Positions 9,484-14,549 of a stretch of 15,457 bases of DNA are shown piece by piece (the first letter of the stretch is position 1; the number at the start of each line of letters is the position of its first letter). Position numbers and translations under genes: made by a program. The stretch comes from Spirulina sp. (GTDB lineage Bacteria; Cyanobacteriota; Cyanobacteriia; Phormidesmidales; Phormidesmidaceae): contig JBIPSI010000056.1 of NCBI GenBank assembly GCA_044070495.1, positions 1 through 15,457 on the forward strand. Reading direction: 5' to 3'. The notes below the pieces were generated by a model. That model was given only the letters and a program-made list of their open reading frames with translations, was not told the DNA's origin and did not search any database.

Positions 9484-9563
9484 TCTGAAGCGTAGAGCCC
9501 TTCTAGAGATCATTGCTACCCACCCAATGATCGGGTGAGGGCTCGTAGCGAAAGAACCTGGTA
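9476..9563. repeat. 88-bp interrupted inverted repeat at the element boundary
   Basis: Nested stems TACCAGGTTCT/AGAACCTGGTA, GAGCCCT/AGGGCTC and GATCATTG/CAATGATC separated by internal loops. Confidence 0.85.
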
Positions 9564-9569
9564 ACGCGC

Positions 9570-9596
9570 AAAAAAACGGCCCCAGGGCGGGGCCGT
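9570..9596 (-). terminator. Intrinsic terminator of the recombinase gene
   Basis: Minus strand ACGGCCCC-GCCCT-GGGGCCGT followed by a T-run, 20 nt after the TAG. Confidence 0.85.
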
Positions 9597-9616
9597 CGTG
9601 GTGTGACGGGGTGGGG

Positions 9617-10810
9617 CTAGAGGCTGGCCAGTAGCTCTCGATAGAGATCCTTCACCAGCTTGCTGGCCACCTTGGAAACGGCCTGGGGGTGAGGCATGGG
9701 TGGCAGGGCTTCATAATAGGCGCGATGCTGAGCCAGGTACTTGGGGATCTGCATGTTGGGGCGACTCCGCAAGATAACCACCATCATTTTGATGTGAAGG
9801 TAGATCGCCGTTCGGGCATAGCGGGGGCCTGCGGCTACCTCTGTCTTTACCTGCCCGCTCTGGTACAGGGTGGTGCCGTTGCCCAGGGCTAGTCGAAAGG
9901 CCCCCAGGGAACGATCACGGCGATTCATGCGGCCACTTTTGGAGGGCACACGGGCGCGGATCGGCTTGCCATCGTCTCCCAGGAATTGATCGAAAGGAAC
10001 GATGCGGCTTAGGATACTCGCCCTGGTATTGGAGGCAAAGCCAAACCTATCAAACACGGTGTGATAGGGGGCAAACTCTGGAGACTCCAGCAGCTCGGAG
10101 ATCCTGACCTCTAAGTCATACTGACGCCGTTCTAGTTCGCAGATTTGAGAGGCCAGGGTTTTAGACATAATCGACACCCCTGCTCCGACCGAGCTTCCTT
10201 GTTTGGAGGCCCAGGCTTTACGGTAGCGTCCCTCTCCGGTGGCGATGTAGTTCCACAGAGTAGGCGGCTCTGGGGCCATCCACTTGCGAGACTGTTTGGG
10301 GCGCTTTCCGCCTGATGAGACGCAAACCTCTGGCCATTCCCTGGATAGGAGCTGCCATAGGCGGCGCTGATAGTTCCCCGTCATTCGGCTTAGGAACTGG
10401 TGCTGTAGGACGGCGTCGCGCAGATCCTCGGCATAGTCGCTGAGGAATGCGCTGGGGCGTCCTAGGTTCTCGGCTCCATAGAGGGCCAAGAATGCCGCGT
10501 CGTATCGGTCACTTTTGCTCATCACCCCGTGATAGGTCTGTAGAGCCTTCACCCGCTGGGGGTTCACTCGGTAGACCGCTCGATCATTGGCCTTCAGGAT
10601 ATCGATCCACACCTTGGAGTAGTCGCCGGTGGGCTCCAGAATGAATACCTCTCCCATGGTTAACAGGGAGGCGATTCCGTCGATGGTGGGACACAGGCCG
10701 ATGGGCTGATAGGAGCCTGAGAACTTGCGGTAGTCGGAGGGCATAGCCTCGGAATCTACCACGCAACACGTGATCGACGTTTTGGAAACGTCAATACCTA
10801 CAATCTTCAT
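9617..10810 (-). CDS. IS110-family (DEDD) recombinase/transposase, 397 aa
   Basis: ATG at 10810 (MKIVGIDVSK). RuvC-like DEDD residues in GIDVSK, LEPTG and KSDRYDA; VNPQRVK; coiled-coil middle; C-terminal Tnp domain with YQSG, the position of the catalytic Ser. Confidence 0.88.
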   Translation of the reverse strand: MKIVGIDVSKTSITCCVVDSEAMPSDYRKFSGSYQPIGLCPTIDGIASLLTMGEVFILEPTGDYSKVWIDILKANDRAVYRVNPQRVKALQTYHGVMSKSDRYDAAFLALYGAENLGRPSAFLSDYAEDLRDAVLQHQFLSRMTGNYQRRLWQLLSREWPEVCVSSGGKRPKQSRKWMAPEPPTLWNYIATGEGRYRKAWASKQGSSVGAGVSIMSKTLASQICELERRQYDLEVRISELLESPEFAPYHTVFDRFGFASNTRASILSRIVPFDQFLGDDGKPIRARVPSKSGRMNRRDRSLGAFRLALGNGTTLYQSGQVKTEVAAGPRYARTAIYLHIKMMVVILRSRPNMQIPKYLAQHRAYYEALPPMPHPQAVSKVASKLVKDLYRELLASL

Positions 10811-10898
10811 GAGTTGAATCACCCTTATCTCGGTTCGCAAAGCCCCAGGGGTCAAGCCACCTGTCTGGCACGTCATTCTAAGAACGGGATCCTCTAGG

Positions 10899-10967
10899 GC
10901 TAGGGGCCGTCTAGCAACGTTGCCAAAGCTGAAAAGCTAAGGGCCGTCTAGCAACGTTCCGAAAGCT
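10899..10967. repeat. Tandem direct repeat, 2 copies, 37-nt period
   Basis: GCTAGGGGCCGTCTAGCAACGTTGCCAAAGCT (10899-10930) vs GCTAAGGGCCGTCTAGCAACGTTCCGAAAGCT (10936-10967); 29/32 identical. Confidence 0.9.
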
Positions 10968-11042
10968 TTTGCAGCAACCTGGTATGAGCTCCGACCCCTA
11001 GGCGGTTTGGAGGACAGAAGGATTGCAGCCCCTCTATCCGTG

Positions 11043-11114
11043 CTAAGCCATCCCGCGACTACTCCAAGGGGAGTAGTTTCGGCCCTTGGCAGGGGCCATC
11101 GTCAGGCGGGTTAG
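11043..11114 (-). ncRNA. Hammerhead ribozyme, type I
   Basis: Minus strand: CUAA CCCGC-CUGACGA-U-GGCCC[CUGCCAA]GGGCC-GAAA-CUACUCC[CCUU]GGAGUAG-UC^-GCGGG[AUGGC]UUAG. Full catalytic core and GUC cleavage triplet; loop II GCCA is complementary to UGGC in the stem I bulge. Confidence 0.9.
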
Positions 11115-11332
11115 TAGTCGGAGCCGTCGCTCTCTTCTATGTGGGGCTCTCCGGTGTCGAGGGTGAGGCCTTCTGCGAGGGCCTGGAGACGTTGAACGAT
11201 GGCGCTACGGGCATCCATGGCTTCCATGGAGATAAACATCTCGTCATTGAGAAGGCTGGCAATGTCTATCAGCTCTCGCAGGGCGTTCATGGCCCAGGGT
11301 TGGATGGTGGGGGTTTTATTCGCCATGGTCAT
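11111..11332 (-). CDS. Phage hypothetical protein (73 aa)
   Basis: Overlaps the end of the upstream ORF, GGAG RBS, helical acidic sequence; last small ORF before the hammerhead. Confidence 0.7.
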   Translation of the reverse strand: MTMANKTPTIQPWAMNALRELIDIASLLNDEMFISMEAMDARSAIVQRLQALAEGLTLDTGEPHIEESDGSDY

Positions 11333-11519
11333 CGGCTCCGGTGGCGAGGGGGTAACGGGCGTTGAGGGCGACTTCTTGCTCTAGACGCGCTTTGTTGAGG
11401 GCCTGGGCTTGGTCGCGAAGATAGGTCAGGTCGGGCAAGCTCATGGAGCGCATTTCTTTGAGGATTTCGCTCGTCACTCGGTCTTTGGGGGTTACGTAGT
11501 GGGCGTTTCCGGTGTTCAT
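11316..11519 (-). CDS. Phage hypothetical protein (67 aa)
   Basis: ATG at 11519 overlaps the upstream TGA (ATGA); RBS GGAGG. Confidence 0.72.
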   Translation of the reverse strand: MNTGNAHYVTPKDRVTSEILKEMRSMSLPDLTYLRDQAQALNKARLEQEVALNARYPLATGADDHGE

Positions 11520-11845
11520 TCCCAGGTTTCCTCCATGCGGAATTTCATTTTGATGGCCTCTGCTGATCCGTTGGATTGGCATAGGCCTCGCCAAAATAGG
11601 CCGGCGTAGGAGATGGATGAAAAGCGCCCGACCTCTTTGCCGGTGGCGCGGTTCACCACTCGATAGATTTTCTGTGGCAGGGGCGGGGGCGTTTTGGTTT
11701 CTAGGCGCTGGGCCAGCAAGCTCACCAGCTCACGTTTGCGAAGGTGTTTCCCCACCCCGTGGGCGTTGGCCCATTGGATGCCATGCCGCTCGGCGATCTG
11801 CTGTAGGCGGGGTAGGCGTAGGGTCATTAGCTCTTCTTGGGTCAT
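11516..11845 (-). CDS. Protein with N-terminal Rho_N/HeH-like nucleic-acid-binding motif
   Basis: LMTLRLPRLQQIAERHGI...HLRKRELVSLL fits the Rho-N/HeH pattern; TAATG overlap with the upstream gene; RBS GGAGG. Confidence 0.7.
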   Translation of the reverse strand: MTQEELMTLRLPRLQQIAERHGIQWANAHGVGKHLRKRELVSLLAQRLETKTPPPLPQKIYRVVNRATGKEVGRFSSISYAGLFWRGLCQSNGSAEAIKMKFRMEETWE

Positions 11846-12231
11846 TAGTCGTCGCCTCCGTGGTGAACGTCGTCGAACAGTCCGTCTAGACGGTTTTCGA
11901 GGTCTTTTACCTGGCTCTCTAGGTCGCCGACCCGAATAGCCAAGCGGCTTAGGGTGTCTTCGTGGCTGATGTATCGCTTCTTCAGTTCGGCGATTTGATG
12001 GGAGTGGAGATCGGTCGGCACTGCGAGGATTTCTTGCAGATCCTCTAGAACCTCCAGCAGTTCCACCAGGTCTAGGGTGATGGCACTGAAGGGGGGATCT
12101 GTCAGATTGACGGCGGAAAAACTGATCTGACGATTCTCTGTGTCGGGTGGATCTATGACAACGGCTACTGGAACCTCGGTTACGTGCCGCCCATAGTCAA
12201 ACCCAATGGTCGTTACAACGGCTTTTTGCAT
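11845..12231 (-). CDS. Phage hypothetical protein with C-terminal coiled coil; first gene of the leftward operon
   Basis: RBS AGGAGA; heptad pattern LSRLAIRVGDLESQVKDLENRLDGL. Confidence 0.78.
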   Translation of the reverse strand: MQKAVVTTIGFDYGRHVTEVPVAVVIDPPDTENRQISFSAVNLTDPPFSAITLDLVELLEVLEDLQEILAVPTDLHSHQIAELKKRYISHEDTLSRLAIRVGDLESQVKDLENRLDGLFDDVHHGGDD

Positions 12232-12399
12232 AGCTTCTCCTAAGAAAATCCGGGGGGCGTTCCCCGGTCACTACGTTTGACGCTAGTCAGTCACTTTGGC
12301 CTGGGCGGAATTGCACCGCCTGCATGAACGCCCACACACCCCTAGGGCCAGCCAGGAAAACGGGGGGAGTGAAGCCCCGTTGTGGAGTTGGTTATCCTG

Positions 12400-12490
12400 A
12401 GGGCTATTGTATATGCAATAGATGTAGATGTATAGTCAATGCATGATGAGTTTATCTATGCAGATGGCGAATCATTGCCTATACAATGGA
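12400..12490. promoter_or_regulatory. AT-rich divergent promoter/operator region
   Basis: Plus strand TTGTAT-N18-TATAGT (12407-12436) and TACAAT (12482-12487); minus strand TTGACT and TACAAT; inverted ATTGTATA/TATACAAT and TGTATAG/CTATACA; tandem TAGATG. Confidence 0.55.
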
Positions 12491-12514
12491 GCTTAAATTC
12501 AATGCCCTACGAAG

Positions 12515-12703
12515 ATGCCCAAAGCCAAACATGCGAAATGGGGAGAACCCAAGGACTCTCAGCTTCCGCCCCAGCGGATGACGCGCACGGGATTGAATCT
12601 CCTCAAGGCCAAGGCCCAGGAGGTGGGAAGCGTGTCAGAGCTTCTGGAGTTGATAGCGCGGTCGGAGTTGCCTTCCTCTTTGGGGGAATCGTCGCCCAGT
12701 TGA
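12515..12703 (+). CDS. Ribbon-helix-helix (CopG-like) transcriptional regulator
   Basis: RMTRTGLNLLKAKAQEVG-SVSELLELIAR fits the strand-helix-G-S-helix pattern of small cyanobacterial RHH proteins. Confidence 0.7.
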   Translation: MPKAKHAKWGEPKDSQLPPQRMTRTGLNLLKAKAQEVGSVSELLELIARSELPSSLGESSPS

Positions 12704-12834
12704 TCCAAGATGCAGAGGATCGGCGGGCTGAGGTGGTGGACTGCATCGACTGGTATCAGCGGGAATTGGAGAAGTGTGATCGTCGCCTTGAGTCGCTGAA
12801 GACTCTCGCCCAAAGCATCCAATCTGCTGAGTAA
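12700..12834 (+). CDS. Short coiled-coil protein, coupled to or frameshift-fused with the RHH gene
   Basis: TTG at 12700 overlaps the RHH TGA; IQDAEDRRAEVVDCIDWYQRELEKCDRRLESLKTLAQSIQ is amphipathic; a terminator follows. Start is uncertain because the frame is open from 12439. Confidence 0.55.
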   Translation: MIQDAEDRRAEVVDCIDWYQRELEKCDRRLESLKTLAQSIQSAE

Positions 12835-12844
12835 ATACCCACAA

Positions 12845-12884
12845 CAAACCCCCAGAGGTGATCGCATCTCTGGGGGTTTGCTTT
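12845..12884. terminator. Bidirectional intrinsic terminator between convergent genes
   Basis: CAAACCCCCAGAGGTG-ATCG-CATCTCTGGGGGTTTG, 16-bp stem with one G-T pair. Confidence 0.8.
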
Positions 12885-12897
12885 GGCGTGGTGGTGG

Positions 12898-13116
12898 TTA
12901 GCGGGGGCGGCGCTTCTTCCGCTCGTCGGCCTTAGCTGTGGCGGCGTCGCCCTTCCTGATGATGGACACCCACTGCATTAACGGAGAAAAGCCCGTGCGA
13001 GTCCAAGCGAAATAGGTTGTCTTCTTCTCTCCCAAGACATAAAGGTGATCGTGAGCGGCTGACATGAGGAGCTGCGTCAAGAAGACACCCCAAAAAACAT
13101 AGTCGAACCATTTCAT
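12898..13116 (-). CDS. Small putative membrane protein
   Basis: ATG at 13116; hydrophobic N-terminus WFDYVFWGVFLTQLLMSAA; basic tail RKKRRPR; ends next to the terminator. Confidence 0.5.
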   Translation of the reverse strand: MKWFDYVFWGVFLTQLLMSAAHDHLYVLGEKKTTYFAWTRTGFSPLMQWVSIIRKGDAATAKADERKKRRPR

Positions 13117-13155
13117 AACCAGCAACCAAACTCAGCAAATTTAAAGTGCCCAGCC

Positions 13156-13392
13156 ATGACGCAACTTAACCTCTTAGACCTAATCGACCAGCCAGAGTAC
13201 CGAGGTGATGATGTGGATCATCTCGTAGATGCCATCTTGGCGGAACTGGAGGCCCACGGCCTGAGCCAGGATGAGCAACGGGCCTTGGCGGTGCGGCTCA
13301 ATGCGCATCAGGTGCTCAGCATGGTGCGGCGGTGGCCAGCACCAGCCCGAAACTACTTTCTGTCCTTGATTGTGGAAGGTTTAGCCGACTAA
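13156..13392 (+). CDS. Phage hypothetical protein (78 aa)
   Basis: Clean ATG-TAA ORF with helical composition and N-terminal QLNLL. Confidence 0.7.
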   Translation: MTQLNLLDLIDQPEYRGDDVDHLVDAILAELEAHGLSQDEQRALAVRLNAHQVLSMVRRWPAPARNYFLSLIVEGLAD

Positions 13393-13480
13393 GACCCAAA
13401 TCAAATACAGTAGCGACCCAGCAAACGCCGCAAAGCTCAACAATGCACCCACCAGCAAAAGCCACTCTTCTCTTCCAATC

Positions 13481-14497
13481 ATGTCTACATGCCCACATCT
13501 TTTCCCCAGCCTAGACCACCCCAGCGGCTACTATTGCCGCCTAGATTGCGGGGGCAACTGTCACAACGAGTTTTTTGAAAAAAATGATATTTCGTTTTCA
13601 GAAAACAACGAAATATCGGCGGTTTCGGGGGTGCCCCTCCTGGGCTTCAAGACCAGGAGGAACCCACACGAGCAGGGGCAACTGTCACACGTTGGACGAA
13701 CACCCGCCGTTACCCTAAAACGGCCATGGGCCTACGCGATTACCCACTTGGGAAAGGACGTTGAGAACAGAACCTGGGCGCTACCGAGAGAGGCCGGGAC
13801 GGTAATCGCAATCCACGCAGGGAAGGGATGGGACGCAGACGGCGCGGAATGGATCAGGTCTAGCGGCCTGGGAGATGTGCCGCCGGAAAGCGAACACCCA
13901 GCAGGGGCCATCGTTGCGCTGGCCACCTTTCGGGGCAACACTCAGACGCATAACTCGCCATGGTTCTTTGGCCCCTGGGGGTGGGTACTGTCAGACGTTC
14001 AGCCCATCAAGCCGATCTACTGTCGGGGGAACCAAGGTCTATGGTTTTGGGATGGCGGAGAGGTGGAGCTATTGGGAAACGCGTCCGACAGCTTGGAACG
14101 TCGCGGTTCTAGCTCTGTCATCGATGGGACGGAAACCCATTATTTCCCTATGGAAAACGTGTCCGACAGCTTGAAACCTCGTTGCATCGATGAGGCTGAT
14201 CCAGGGGATGAGGACGACCAGCTCTATGAAATGTTTTGCCGCTCTGGCCAGTTTTGGCATGAGGCGGGGCCATACCCCAGCAAGGGACGGACGTACTACC
14301 GCTACCGCTGGGGCCATGGCCATGCGATTGATGGCGTCCGCCACATTCCGGGCGGTTCCATGCTGCGGGGGCTGGCGAGGGAACGGGCGGCCATCATTGA
14401 ACGGGCGGTGTATGTGGATTTTCGGCCCCATGCTGAGATTTTGGCGGTGATTGATGGATGGCGACGGCTGACGCCACGACCTAAAATCAGGCTGTGA
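13481..14497 (+). CDS. ASCH-domain protein with Cys/His-rich N-terminus and an extra C-terminal domain
   Basis: ASCH signature TLKRPWAYAITHLGKDVENRTW...IAIHAG...GAIVALA...W.LSDV..IKPIYCRGNQGLW. Confidence 0.85.
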   Translation: MSTCPHLFPSLDHPSGYYCRLDCGGNCHNEFFEKNDISFSENNEISAVSGVPLLGFKTRRNPHEQGQLSHVGRTPAVTLKRPWAYAITHLGKDVENRTWALPREAGTVIAIHAGKGWDADGAEWIRSSGLGDVPPESEHPAGAIVALATFRGNTQTHNSPWFFGPWGWVLSDVQPIKPIYCRGNQGLWFWDGGEVELLGNASDSLERRGSSSVIDGTETHYFPMENVSDSLKPRCIDEADPGDEDDQLYEMFCRSGQFWHEAGPYPSKGRTYYRYRWGHGHAIDGVRHIPGGSMLRGLARERAAIIERAVYVDFRPHAEILAVIDGWRRLTPRPKIRL

Positions 14498-14509
14498 CTA
14501 CTACTCAGC

Positions 14510-14548
14510 GAACCCTCGGCGGCCAAGGCCCTGGGGGTTTTGTTTTGG
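14510..14548. terminator. Probable terminator between the ASCH and FHA genes
   Basis: Imperfect GC hairpin GAACCCTCGGCGGCC-AA-GGCCCTGGGGGTTT followed by TGTTTT. Confidence 0.55.
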
Positions 14549-14549
14549 G

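Noticed and set aside
9588..9597. GACGGCCCC shared between the recombinase terminator stem and the upstream repeat
   Set aside because: A 9-nt GC-rich match with no flanking support; likely chance.
9360..9600. tmRNA or tRNA as the prophage integration site
   Set aside because: No T-arm/CCA end or tag-peptide frame found; the region is explained by a terminator, an inverted repeat and a protein-coding remnant.
10811..10876. 22-aa N-terminal extension of the recombinase from the ORF track
   Set aside because: IS110 proteins start a few residues before GID, so ATG 10810 fits and the extension is treated as leader.
10899..10967. Tandem repeat as a CRISPR mini-array or canonical TIGR array
   Set aside because: Only two copies separated by 5 nt, with no unique spacers and no cas genes. 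No clearly variable 9-nt spacer pairs, and the protein keeps the IS110 C-terminal SG motif.
12297..12350. True tRNA gene
   Set aside because: Only 54 nt, with no D-arm or anticodon arm and an imperfect acceptor stem; kept only as a tRNA-like element.
12439..12699. Full 131-aa ORF 12439-12834 as one gene
   Set aside because: It starts inside the promoter-like region and fully overlaps the better-supported RHH frame; only the C-terminal coiled coil looks protein-like.
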